This document shows positions 38,229 to 48,500 of a DNA stretch of 63,326 nt, piece after piece. Each line of letters opens with the position of its first letter. Positions within the stretch are counted from its first letter, which is position 1. Source of the stretch: Candidatus Woesearchaeota archaeon (GTDB taxonomy: Archaea > Nanobdellota > Nanobdellia > Woesearchaeales > CAIVOO01); the NCBI GenBank assembly GCA_038890975.1, contig JAWAEZ010000001.1, positions 1,819 through 65,144 on the forward strand, read 5' to 3'. A program made the translations under genes and the position numbers. The notes beneath the pieces are model-generated. The model ran no database searches. It saw only the letters and a program-made list of their open reading frames with translations, and was not told the origin of the DNA.

Positions 38229-39323
38229 TTAAGGAAGCCAGCTTTTTGGGTCTGCAAGTTTTCTCGGCAAATAGTCCGATATAACAAAATTAAGTCCATG
38301 CGCTGCAAGTGCTTGTTGTTCTGCTCTTTTTTTCATAAGCACTATATCATTTAATGCTTTCTGCCATTCCTTATGTTGTTGCACAAAAGGATCATTTTTA
38401 ATTCCATCCTTGACTCTTTTCACATCAATATCTTTTAAAGGATGTGTTGGTAAATTATACTCTACTATGTCCTTGGCAGTTATTCCTATAAATTTTGCTT
38501 GAGGAACACAGAAGTATTTATTTATGTGGGCTGCGTTACCCGACCCAACTTTTAGCGTTCTGTAAATATTGAGCCAACCGTAAGGATCCCCATCAGTGAA
38601 GACATAAACAGGAATATTTTTTTCGTCAGCTAATCTTCTTATAAATCTCCTACATGCTCTAGTAGGAACCCCTCCTAACGATATTAATATGCAATTTGCT
38701 TTTTTCCAATAAGCGTGCTTCACTAATCTTTGGTACATACCTGCTGTTTCTATTGCTAAAATAAACTCTGCTTTTGTTTCAAATTTTAAGTGTTCAACAG
38801 AGCTAGGTATAGAATAAGCTCCTGTCCCCATCTGAGTGCAGTCAATCTTTATTTCTTTTCCTGTTGTTGGGTCTATGTCTATGACTACTAATTTTCCTGC
38901 AACATCCCCTCCTTTTTCTTCTGGTATGAAACCAAGTTGCTCCCTATTTACCATAAACATTGCTTCTATGTCGTCCATAACCGCATCAGAATCTGCTTGT
39001 TCTTGGAATCTTGCTTCCCCCCAATTTTTTGAAACATAGTACGCTTCTCTTTTTGTGGCGATGTCGTCAGTTTCTACAAGTTGTTTTGAGAGCCCTAACA
39101 TTTTCAGAGTCTGAGCGAAGGTTTTTATTGTATTAACAGTCAAAGTCCTCTCTTTAAATTGTCCGTTAAGTTCAAAATATCCTTTCTGTGGGTCGTATGT
39201 TACATTTGTGAGAGACCTTAGCGGCATTTTTAGTTCTGGTTTCTTTTTTTCCATTATTTTTTTATAAACATCGCTAGCGATTTCCCTTATCTTTTTGAGT
39301 GTGTTGTTCTCTGTTTCTTTCAT
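38229..39323 (-). CDS. top6A: DNA topoisomerase VI subunit A (Spo11-like)
   Basis: Toprim [16 protein letters not shown] region, 4-nt overlap with top6B. Confidence 0.9.
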   Translation of the reverse strand: MKETENNTLKKIREIASDVYKKIMEKKKPELKMPLRSLTNVTYDPQKGYFELNGQFKERTLTVNTIKTFAQTLKMLGLSKQLVETDDIATKREAYYVSKNWGEARFQEQADSDAVMDDIEAMFMVNREQLGFIPEEKGGDVAGKLVVIDIDPTTGKEIKIDCTQMGTGAYSIPSSVEHLKFETKAEFILAIETAGMYQRLVKHAYWKKANCILISLGGVPTRACRRFIRRLADEKNIPVYVFTDGDPYGWLNIYRTLKVGSGNAAHINKYFCVPQAKFIGITAKDIVEYNLPTHPLKDIDVKRVKDGIKNDPFVQQHKEWQKALNDIVLMKKRAEQQALAAHGLNFVISDYLPRKLADPKSWLP

Positions 39324-40951
39324 TCTTCGTCACTCCAATCTTCTGCAAGTATTCCTATTTTTTCTTCTGAATCTGTATGTTCAACAGTTTCAAGTTCTTC
39401 TATTTTTCTTGTCTTTTCAAGTATTTCAATGAGTGAAATTTTTATTCGTTCTTCTTCTTTTTCTGAGAGCCCTAGAAGTTCTTTTAATGCTTCGCTCACG
39501 TGGGGGAGGTACTTTTCTATGTATCCTTTTTTCTTAAGTGCGTCTTGGACTCTGTTCTTTTTGGTAACATATCTCATTAACTCCCTGCCGCACTCCTGCA
39601 AAGCAAGTTTTATTTCTTTAATAATTTCTGGATAATGGGCTATCGCTTCTTTTGCTTCCGAAGTAAAAGGAGGCCATACCGAAGCCAGATGAACAGCGAC
39701 AACAACAGGTCCTATCGGAATTGCTCCTGTACTTTGGTTAAGCCCATAAGCGCGCCAATTTGTTGAGACGATTGATTTTGTAATGGCGCAGGCTCCTGCC
39801 TGGTACAATAAAGGAACCCTGTTAGCGAATCGCATCACTTTTATGGGATCTTCTTTACCAAGGTTGCCTCCATAACAGATAGCGCACTCAACAACAAAAG
39901 GCATACCTCTATAAACGCTGGGAGGCCTTGTCACAGATGTATAAAACTCAGCAGGTATCTCTTTTTTTAGACCTGCTTCAAGAAGCTCTGCTCCTATGGG
40001 GGATATACAATCTGTTGGTGGAGCCATTATTTTTGTTTCCCTTATCGCTTTTATTAAGCGTTCCGCCATTTGCATATTTATCTCCGAAGGTTTTTGTGTT
40101 GGTTGTATTAATGCTCTCTCGCATATTTCTTTTACTGTTGTTGGTCCTACTCTTGAAAACTCGTTTGTAAAAAAACTTTGTAATGTGCGTGCATCTGTTG
40201 TTTTAAGCATCTTCATAAGAACTCCTAGTTCTACACCGTAAGGATGTGGTTTTATTTCTTTTGGCTCTATCGGTAGTTTTTCTGTTGTTCTAGCAAATAT
40301 AAACTGCTCAGCTTTAGGGTTCGTATAGATTATCGTAGCGTGGGGATTTACTATTGCTGTTTCTTTAAGATATTCGTCTACGCTTTGTAGGCCTTTTTGG
40401 TAAGTTGCTTCTATATCCATCTCCACTCTTGTTCCGTGTTCTTTTTTCCATTCTACTATATCCTCTTTAACTATCTGGGGAGAGTTTTTCTGCGTGTCTA
40501 TGTGAAGTTCGTAATAGTACGCTTGGGGGTCTTTTTGTATTTTTGACACTATTCTCGTAGGTCTTCCTGTAGTAAGTTGTGAGTAAAGAACCGCTGCGCT
40601 TATTCCTATACCTTGCTGACCTCTTTGCTGTTTCAAGGTATGAAACTTACTTCCATACAAAAGTTTGGCGAAGATGTTAGGAATTTGCTTTTTAATAATG
40701 CCTGGGCCATTATCCTCTACAATAACTCTGAATCTGTCCTCCCCCATTTCTATTATTTCTACATTTATCTCTGGCAATATTTTTGCTTCTTCGCAAGCGT
40801 CAAGAGAATTATCAACAGCTTCTTTCACAACTGTTAGGAGTGCCTTTTTTTTGTTGTCAAAACCTAACAAATGTCTGTTTCTTTCAAAGAATTCTGCTAC
40901 AGAAACTTCTCTCTGTTTTTTCGCAAGCTCCTCTGCAATGTTTTCTTTCAT
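39320..40951 (-). CDS. top6B: DNA topoisomerase VI subunit B (GHKL ATPase)
   Basis: Bergerat-fold motifs [22 protein letters not shown]. Confidence 0.9.
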   Translation of the reverse strand: MKENIAEELAKKQREVSVAEFFERNRHLLGFDNKKKALLTVVKEAVDNSLDACEEAKILPEINVEIIEMGEDRFRVIVEDNGPGIIKKQIPNIFAKLLYGSKFHTLKQQRGQQGIGISAAVLYSQLTTGRPTRIVSKIQKDPQAYYYELHIDTQKNSPQIVKEDIVEWKKEHGTRVEMDIEATYQKGLQSVDEYLKETAIVNPHATIIYTNPKAEQFIFARTTEKLPIEPKEIKPHPYGVELGVLMKMLKTTDARTLQSFFTNEFSRVGPTTVKEICERALIQPTQKPSEINMQMAERLIKAIRETKIMAPPTDCISPIGAELLEAGLKKEIPAEFYTSVTRPPSVYRGMPFVVECAICYGGNLGKEDPIKVMRFANRVPLLYQAGACAITKSIVSTNWRAYGLNQSTGAIPIGPVVVAVHLASVWPPFTSEAKEAIAHYPEIIKEIKLALQECGRELMRYVTKKNRVQDALKKKGYIEKYLPHVSEALKELLGLSEKEEERIKISLIEILEKTRKIEELETVEHTDSEEKIGILAEDWSDEE

Positions 40952-41006
40952 TTTTTAGCCGTAAAAAATTTTAAATATAATTATTTTACATTGAATATTA
41001 ATTATT

Positions 41007-41573
41007 TTACGTCGTTCTAATCTTGGTTATTTTTTCAGCACCTATGAATGACTTTATTCTTAACTCTTTTCTTTTTTTCTCAAGCCAACTATACACTTTT
41101 GAATGGGGGCTTCCTTGCAATATGCTTTCAACGGCTCTTTTTGCAATAGCAACCTTTTCTACTTCTCCTATTAACGCTATCGTTTTTCCATAAATAGATA
41201 TGTTTGTTTCGGTAAGATTTTCTATATTTTTTCTTGATTTTCCTCCGGCGCCTATCACCCTTCCTTTTAATCTAACTATGTCTTTTTTTGTATTTCTTGA
41301 GTAATCATTTATATCAACCATTTCTATGCAGTAGTCCGCCTTGAGAAGATTCATAGCGATATCAGGATTAAACCCTCTTCCTATGGCATTTACTATCTCT
41401 TTCGCTGTTACAAGTCCTAAACTATCTTTCCCTTGAATGAATACATCTCCTTCTTTTGAGTCTATTTTTATTTTTGATTTCGTAGCTTCTTCTATCTCTT
41501 TCTTTACTTTTCCTTTTGTTCCTATTAACACAGCTATTCTTTCTTTAGGAATTTTTATTTCGTATTGGTACAT
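41007..41573 (-). CDS. double-KH-domain RNA-binding protein (Dim2/Pno1-like)
   Basis: Two KH GxxG-type motifs (IGTKGKVKK, IGAGGKSRK). Overlaps the upstream rio1 gene. Confidence 0.75.
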   Translation of the reverse strand: MYQYEIKIPKERIAVLIGTKGKVKKEIEEATKSKIKIDSKEGDVFIQGKDSLGLVTAKEIVNAIGRGFNPDIAMNLLKADYCIEMVDINDYSRNTKKDIVRLKGRVIGAGGKSRKNIENLTETNISIYGKTIALIGEVEKVAIAKRAVESILQGSPHSKVYSWLEKKRKELRIKSFIGAEKITKIRTT

Positions 41574-42268
41574 TTTATTTTTTCTATAATCTCAGCTTCG
41601 CTGGTTTCTAAGCCAATTTTTTTGAAATATCTCGCAATATTTTTTACATCTCTTTTTAAAAGTTCTTCTGAACCGGGATTTTTAATTAATGTTGATTGTG
41701 AAAAATCTATGAAATACGGTTCTTCCCTATAATTTAGTATGTTGTACTCGCTTAAATCACCATGCACAAGACCTGCCTTATTAAGTTTTTTCATATTCTC
41801 TAAAACTTTTTTAAAAAAAAGTTTTTTGTTTTTGGGAATTTTATCTTTTAGTCTTGGTGCAGGCGCATTATCGCCTATTAATTGTAGCACGAGGATATTA
41901 TTGAGAAAAATCAAGGGGGTTGGCACATTTACTTTTCCTTCTCTGGCTATCATTAGATTTCTGTACTCTCTTTGTACCCAAGCGAATATTACCCTTCTTC
42001 TTTGCTTTTTAATATTCGGGTATCTTATGTCGCTCTTTATGTAATCAAACATTTTGTTGAAGTCGCAGGATTCTAAACGGTATATTTTAACTATTACAAA
42101 TTCCGACCTTTTTGAGGCAAGGAAAACATTAGATTCCTTTCCTACAAAGATAGGGCTTTTTAGTTCTTCAAAGTGGCCTTGGGACGAAAGTTTGTTTAGG
42201 GTTTGTTCTGTGAAATTGTCAAATACATTCTTATATACTTTGAATTTTTCTTTTGTTATCCTTCCCAT
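41555..42268 (-). CDS. rio1: RIO-type serine kinase
   Basis: GKESNVF, VKIYR, LVHGDLSEYNIL, IDFSQS. Confidence 0.85.
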   Translation of the reverse strand: MGRITKEKFKVYKNVFDNFTEQTLNKLSSQGHFEELKSPIFVGKESNVFLASKRSEFVIVKIYRLESCDFNKMFDYIKSDIRYPNIKKQRRRVIFAWVQREYRNLMIAREGKVNVPTPLIFLNNILVLQLIGDNAPAPRLKDKIPKNKKLFFKKVLENMKKLNKAGLVHGDLSEYNILNYREEPYFIDFSQSTLIKNPGSEELLKRDVKNIARYFKKIGLETSEAEIIEKIKCTNTK

Positions 42269-42394
42269 CTTTTATAGTTGTCTTAAAAAGTTTTTATATA
42301 CTTTTTGTCTTTGCATAGTAGTTAAAAACGAAACATTTATATATAAGTTATTACTACTTAATAGTTACACTCATCTAAACACCTCTTTTACCCA

Positions 42395-42418
42395 GCAGGC
42401 AACCCTCAGGGTTGCTTG
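42395..42418 (+). other. isolated GC-rich hairpin followed by a T-run in an AT-rich intergenic region (terminator-like or small RNA 3' end)
   Basis: caggcaaccc-tca-gggttgcttg (9 of 10 bp) followed by tatggtttttt. TATA-like acatttatatataag at 42333-42347 lies ~50 nt upstream on the same strand. Confidence 0.35.
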
Positions 42419-42566
42419 TATGGTTTTTTAACGCATTTTATTATACTCCAATAAACAAATTTTTAGTTCTAAAAACGCACAGCCAATTATAAAATATTTT
42501 AAACCCGAATATTTAAAAACATATTATTCAATAATGACCGTTAATATAAGTATAACAAAAACTTAG

Positions 42567-43118
42567 TTATCTGCTGCGTAATATTCTGCTCTTAGCAATA
42601 TTGTTTTTTATAAAGTAATATAAAAAAATAACAAACAAAATAATCGATAAAAAAACAAAAATAAAAAATAACATATCGAAATTTGAAACTCTTTGCTGCT
42701 GTATTGCTAAAGAATACTCGTAAGATTTTTGTTGAACCATTAAAATATTCTTAGCATCTTCTTGTCTTTTGTATAAAAAACTTAATAAAATCCCGCCTAT
42801 TGAAAAAATTAAAGGTATTAATAGTACTTGTAGTTTCTTTTTTTCCGGGTTTAATAATTGTTTAGCTTTTTCTGTCAATAAATAATATTTCCACTTATAC
42901 CCCTCATCGGATTTTAAAACCAAACCTGAATTTTCAAGGATTGTAAGGTGTTCTTTTATCGCGGGGGGAGAAATATTTAAGTTTGCAGCAAGCTCAGCTT
43001 GTGTATGCCTCCTTTTTTCAAGTAATTTTAATATTTTCACCCGCGTATCAGCAGATAACGCTTTAATTATTACTCTATCAATTTTTAAGTTATTAACGGA
43101 TTCTTTTTTATAAAACAT
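42567..43118 (-). CDS. ArsR-like winged-helix regulator fused to C-terminal TM helices
   Basis: IKALSADTRVKILKLLEKRRHTQAELAANLNISPPAIKEHLTILENSGLV, followed by two hydrophobic helices. Confidence 0.7.
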   Translation of the reverse strand: MFYKKESVNNLKIDRVIIKALSADTRVKILKLLEKRRHTQAELAANLNISPPAIKEHLTILENSGLVLKSDEGYKWKYYLLTEKAKQLLNPEKKKLQVLLIPLIFSIGGILLSFLYKRQEDAKNILMVQQKSYEYSLAIQQQRVSNFDMLFFIFVFLSIILFVIFLYYFIKNNIAKSRILRSR

Positions 43119-43233
43119 AGTTTCTTTTATTAAAAAAGGACATTTTAAAAAGTTTTGTATCTTAACAATTTCAAAAAATAAAAAGAAAAGAAAAACTTAT
43201 AAAATGTAAAATAAGGTGCAATTTTAAAAAACA

Positions 43234-44028
43234 ATGAAAAATAACACTTTAAAAAAAATTGTTGATGTTTTTAGTGAAACGAGAAAAGAGAAAAATTTAA
43301 TATTAAAGATTTCTATTCTTAGTTTACTAATGTTTTTATCTATTTACGTTCTTTCTTTAGTTTATAATTGGTTAATAATAAAAAATCAACTTGCATTAAG
43401 CAAATCATCGCTTTCTGTTACACCTCAAATAATCGTTATCTTATTATTTTCATTTGTTTATTCATGCATAGTTATTTTTATTTATTCTGTATTCAAAATA
43501 ATGGCGATAAATCTTACTCAAAAGAAAAAAATTAACAGAAAAATATTCTACTATCTTGGTAATTTCTTCATATTGAACCTGATAATTTTTTTTGGCGGGA
43601 GCGCAGCTTTTTTGATTTTAGGAACTATTATTAATTATACTTTCAATGGCCGAATAATACCCTATTCTGTTTATCTATTTATCTTTTTGCTATTTACTTA
43701 TGGAGCTACTAATTTTACGCAAATAGAATTCTTAAAAGGCGCAAAAAAAATAAAGGCCATCCGGAACGGGGTAAAGGACTTTTTTTTGAATTTCAAAAAA
43801 TACGCTTTGCTTATTTTTATCAACTTTATTGTTATCGCTGGAATTTTAACTTTTTTTCTTTTTTTAAAGATGATTTATAAAATAATATTTTTTAAAAACA
43901 ATACTCAGATAATAAAACCGACCGCATATGAGGCAGCGTTCTTTTTTATATTTTACTTTGTAATTATATTTATGATGAGTAATAACTTATATTTTTTTAA
44001 TAAAATAGTAAAAGAAAAATCCTTATAA
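43234..44028 (+). CDS. polytopic membrane protein, function unknown
   Basis: About six hydrophobic helices. No catalytic motif recognised; in particular no GxGD-type prepilin peptidase motif. Confidence 0.55.
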   Translation: MKNNTLKKIVDVFSETRKEKNLILKISILSLLMFLSIYVLSLVYNWLIIKNQLALSKSSLSVTPQIIVILLFSFVYSCIVIFIYSVFKIMAINLTQKKKINRKIFYYLGNFFILNLIIFFGGSAAFLILGTIINYTFNGRIIPYSVYLFIFLLFTYGATNFTQIEFLKGAKKIKAIRNGVKDFFLNFKKYALLIFINFIVIAGILTFFLFLKMIYKIIFFKNNTQIIKPTAYEAAFFFIFYFVIIFMMSNNLYFFNKIVKEKSL

Positions 44029-44059
44029 AAAAATTTTTTACTATTAAAATGGTATTATT

Positions 44060-44512
44060 TCAAAAATTTAATAAATATAAAATTGTAAAAGAAAGAATAA
44101 TGAAAAAAAGTATTTTTTCTAAGATTCCTCCTGTCTTCACTAAACCTCTTATTCTCATTTTTGATAAAGGATGAAAAAGCATCACTCCTTCTTTTGTTAA
44201 TAAATCCATAACTATATGAGAAAGATATCCTGTTAAAAGAGGTATTGAGTAATAATTCGTTCTTGTAAGATAAAAAATTATTAAAGCTAAGAGAGGCATT
44301 ACGAAAAGACTATGGAAAAAACCCCTATGTTCAAAAAACATACTTATTATTTTAAAATTTTTACCTATCTTTGATTTGGGGTGGTCTATATCTGGAAGTA
44401 AAGATCCTATAACTACGAGAGCAGTAAATAGTATCTGATTTTTGTAATTAATATGTTCAATTAGAAATAAAGCAGCAAGAAACCCTACCACTATATGAGT
44501 TCTAAACATCAA
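44060..44512 (-). CDS. membrane-bound metal-dependent hydrolase, YdjM/DUF457-like
   Basis: LPDIDHPKSKIG and HRGFFHS in a four-TM frame. Confidence 0.65.
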   Translation of the reverse strand: MMFRTHIVVGFLAALFLIEHINYKNQILFTALVVIGSLLPDIDHPKSKIGKNFKIISMFFEHRGFFHSLFVMPLLALIIFYLTRTNYYSIPLLTGYLSHIVMDLLTKEGVMLFHPLSKMRIRGLVKTGGILEKILFFIILSFTILYLLNF

Positions 44513-45516
44513 GATTGCATCACTTGTTTTTTCGCTAAATCTTCCTCCAAAATTTTTATTTCTTCTTCAACATTTAATTCGGGAAAAACAAGTTGAGCTA
44601 TTAATTCCTTACGATCAAAAAACTGGTTTTGTTTTATCAATCCGCATACCTTAATTGTTTTCCCAAAAATTTCACTTTTGATAATGTCCATTTTAAGATT
44701 ATCATCCTTGGCAGAAAGAATTTCGTTCTCTTCTCTTTGCAAAACTCTTTCTGCTTGTTGTTTGTATAATATTACCCTTATATTATCTGTGCCATCATCC
44801 ACAACTATATTAAAAACATAAGAGTGTTTAGGATTTTCAATTTTTCCGTGTATTTCGCAAAAAAAACCTTCTTCTTTTTGTCTTGCTCGCTTCATACATT
44901 CCGGGCAGAGTTCAAAAAATCTTGGATCAAAGATTTGCACGATTGTCCCGATGATTTCAACATTATCCCCTTCATTTACTTCGCATAAATATTTTTTATC
45001 AAACCTTCTTTTTATTTCTTTTATTGTCTCTCCTTCGGGATTAATCAAAAGTAAACTTTTGTCCCCTAAATGTAACTCCTTAAAATTATTATTTAACTTA
45101 ACATATCCATTTTTAATTTTTACAATGTCCCCCTCTTGTATAGATCTCAAAGTTTCTGCTATTTCCCCCCACAAAGCAACTCTTATCGTTCCTGTCTCGT
45201 CGCCAATAAAAAACGAAGCAACCTTGCCTATACGCTCATTAACATTAAACTCTCTTAATTCAAACTTTTTTACAACCCTTCCGACTACCTCTACGCCTCT
45301 CATACCCGGATTCAAATCGTGTATTTTAATTTTTTTTTCTACGCTAATTAAGGATATTCCAAGCTGGTTTGCTACTATGTGGGCCGCCCCTTCTTTTGAC
45401 ACTAAATCGGAAAGCTGAGATATTTTTTCGTTTATTCTTTTTGTAATTTCTTCTTCTGAAAGTCCTGATTTTTCTTTTATTATTTCCACGATTTTTTCAT
45501 AACTAAGATTGAGCAT
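44509..45516 (-). CDS. RPA-like single-stranded DNA-binding protein (OB folds plus zinc finger)
   Basis: OB-fold-like repeats (VEVVGRVV..., VEIIGTIVQIF) and CPECMKRARQKEEGFFCEIHG. Confidence 0.7.
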   Translation of the reverse strand: MLNLSYEKIVEIIKEKSGLSEEEITKRINEKISQLSDLVSKEGAAHIVANQLGISLISVEKKIKIHDLNPGMRGVEVVGRVVKKFELREFNVNERIGKVASFFIGDETGTIRVALWGEIAETLRSIQEGDIVKIKNGYVKLNNNFKELHLGDKSLLLINPEGETIKEIKRRFDKKYLCEVNEGDNVEIIGTIVQIFDPRFFELCPECMKRARQKEEGFFCEIHGKIENPKHSYVFNIVVDDGTDNIRVILYKQQAERVLQREENEILSAKDDNLKMDIIKSEIFGKTIKVCGLIKQNQFFDRKELIAQLVFPELNVEEEIKILEEDLAKKQVMQS

Positions 45517-45573
45517 ACTCTAAAAATAGAAGGGTTGTTTATAAAGATTTATTTTTTTAAGTTAATATTAAAT

Positions 45574-48500
45574 TTATATAATACCTAACGCTTTGAATAT
45601 GGGTTCGTCTATGCTTTCTTCTTTAGAAGGGATATTTCCTATTTTAGCAATTATTTTTGTTTCGCAGTCAGGCGCCTGTATTATTTCTTTACCGCTCATA
45701 CTAAAAACATTCATATCACTATTCGGACATTTTTGATAAATTTCAAAACTCATCTTGTCCTTAATTTTTTCTTCAACCTGCGTTCCGTCTATATAAAATG
45801 AAGGTACATCCCACTTAATTTTAACTGATTTTTCGTTAAGTGATTGTTTAGTAACTGACACCAAACCTGGGGGGATATCATTAACCGATGTACCTAAAGG
45901 CGTTTTTAAAAAAGAAGTGCTTTCTTGGTCTTTCCTATCAATAGCTGTGACACCGTAATAATATGAAATATCATCTTCCACAGAAAGAACATAATAAAAC
46001 TTACCAGTTTCTTCTTCGTAGATTAGCTGGTCCTGTTTTATTTCCATCAAACTTTGATCCCCATCTTTTGAATATTTAACTGCTAAAACATAATCACAAA
46101 CATTATTTTGTAAATTGCACCGCACCCCCACAAATTTATATACACTAATTGCTGAACCAACATCAATATTTTTTACTAGATTTATGTCTGGTGAAGATTT
46201 TGCTTTTTCTAAATCTAAATTATTGAATGCTCTCTGTGATTCATAAATCTTGTAACCTACAACATCTCCAGCTACACTTTTGTCCCAGCTTAATAATAAA
46301 AGTTGTTTTCTTCTCTTTAAATCCTCTGCTTTGACATCCTCTACCGGTGGTGGAGGGAGGTCTTTAGTCTCTAAAGCGAATCTATAAACCAAAGGTGTTT
46401 CCTCAAGTTTTCCATCCATTTGGTTTATGCCAAATACTTTATTTTTCTTACTAACAGCGCAAATTTTAATTATGTTGTTCTGTGAAATGTCACATTTAGG
46501 TAAATTCGCCTTATCTTTCTCAAAAGATAACTTTTTTTCTTTGTAATATCTCAAGATGTAATTTTTCTCTTCTAGGTAATTATTGAAAATCATTCCATTT
46601 GTTCTTATTTCCTTGGGGAATATTGTATTGAAAACTCCTGAGTATAATTCCAAAGAATAAGGAATATTGGGCGCAACTAATAAAAAATCTTTAGGGGTTA
46701 TTTCAGTTACTACTATTTTTAAATTTGGAATGTTTCTAATTTCTGGAATTTCACAATAACAACTATCTGTTTGGGAATCTCTACAATCCTCATACCTTTC
46801 TACAAAATCATTAATAAAAGCTTCTTCTTTTCTCTCACAATAAGTATACCACCCATTATCGTTTGTTGTTTGTCCTTGCTTTTTAAAATAAAAAGAAAAA
46901 TCTTCATTCGATCTTGACTTTTCTGAAAAACATTCTAAAATATTTTTTTCGTTGCGGCACTGCTCAAAATATTCTCTTGAGTAATCTTCCAATAATCGGT
47001 ATTCAGAAAAATCTTTATCCACTTCTACGCTGAAAGAAGGGAAAACGTTATAAGCGCCATATAATATTTCCTCTTCCGGAGAGTTTTGCACAGAAATAGG
47101 CGGACAGAGTTCTGGGGAGCCATATGCGAATGCTTTTGGTATGACTACAATAAAATTTGCTACTTTCCTATCAACACTGCTTTTAAGTACTTTGTTTTGT
47201 CCTTCATAATTGTAATACATCTGTGTAGAACCTCCGCCATCAAGGTCTAGTGCGTCTTGACAATTTTCGTTATCGCGTAAATAATCTAAAAAAACTTGTA
47301 TATTTCCTCCACTCTCAGTAGTTATAAGTTTTAATTTATTTTCTTTAGTGATACATACACCTGTTAATCTACTTCCGGAATCTTCTCCAGCTTTCAAAAT
47401 TCCATTCACAGCATATTGTATATCGCTGTTTTCTCGTAGTAATACCTTCTTAGCTTCTTCAACATTGGGCACTTCCAAAATTTTTGGTTGCCCATTTTGT
47501 ACCACAAAATAACCTTTTTTCTTTGTATAATAGAAGGGACTAATAATTTTTCCATCCTCTATATAAATCCCTTGTGGCCTTCCATAAAGCTCATAGTTAC
47601 TAACCATACCTTCATACTCATTGTAATTCGGATGCTCGTCAGTGTCTTTAACTTGGTTCCCTCTCTCAAAAAAAGCGGCATTCACCGCTGCCACCACGTT
47701 CAATTGATTCCACTTTATATCAGAAATAGATAATCTACAATCGTTATTACATTTTTTTCTTGTTCTATCCATTATAGTTTTAGCTGACATTGTTCTTACA
47801 TCGAAATAATTAACATCTATTTCTATTATGTTCATCAAACCAAAATTTGTTTGTTTTGTTGTTAAGGAAATCGCATCTTTAGGGATTTTTTTAATTTCTG
47901 TTTTTTTATAATCTTCTTTAATGTAATTTGTAGGGTCTAAGATAATTTGTTGGTCGTTATCCAGAGTTATGGCATTATGTGTTTTGTATAAAGTTGTTGC
48001 GCCTTCCCCGCTTCTCTCCCTTTCCAACACACTATCTTGAAGAGGCCATTGACATAAATTTTTATCTTTACTTTTTGCTCGCTTCCAATAATTACTGCCG
48101 TACTCAAAATGCCACCCCTCATGATGGTAATTAACCCATCCTGCTTGGCACGCAATTTTTATTTTTTCTTCATAAGAAATATGCTCGCGTGATGGGTCGT
48201 TCGGATCGCACTCCACCCAAATATCCATTGCATAACCATTATAATGAGGGCAATGTTTAAAGTTTTCTTCTGTGTACCCCTCTTTCATAATTTTACCTGC
48301 ATCGTCTCTAGGAGGACAGTTTGTTTGAGGATTTTTTTCACTGGCGTCCCACTTCTCTTTGTATATCTTAAGGGATCTAAAGGGCGAAACTATTTTTAAT
48401 TTACAACCTCTTTGTTTGAACAGGGTGTAAAGCGGATAAATTTGTCTCACTGCTCCTTCTTTCAAAACGCAACAATCACCTGGTTCGCTGAAACAAACAT

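Noticed and set aside
42354-42374. SD-preceded 6-codon mini-ORF (MSVTIK*) on the minus strand upstream of rio1
   Set aside because: It is too short, and such an ORF is expected by chance in AT-rich sequence. It is noted only because it resembles the uS2 leader arrangement.
43234-44028. Polytopic membrane protein, considered as the missing prepilin peptidase or pilus platform
   Set aside because: No GxGD-type or paired-Asp motif is present, and there are no PilC/FlaJ-like cytoplasmic domains. It is also on the opposite strand and separated from the operon.
45517-45573. Possible assembly chimera at the junction between archaeal housekeeping genes and the hydrolase/pilin operon
   Set aside because: The two sides share base composition, GGTGA-type ribosome-binding sites, gene packing and Lys-rich protein style, and the gap is only 57 nt. 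This cannot be excluded without read-level data, so it is listed as a refutation test rather than a finding.
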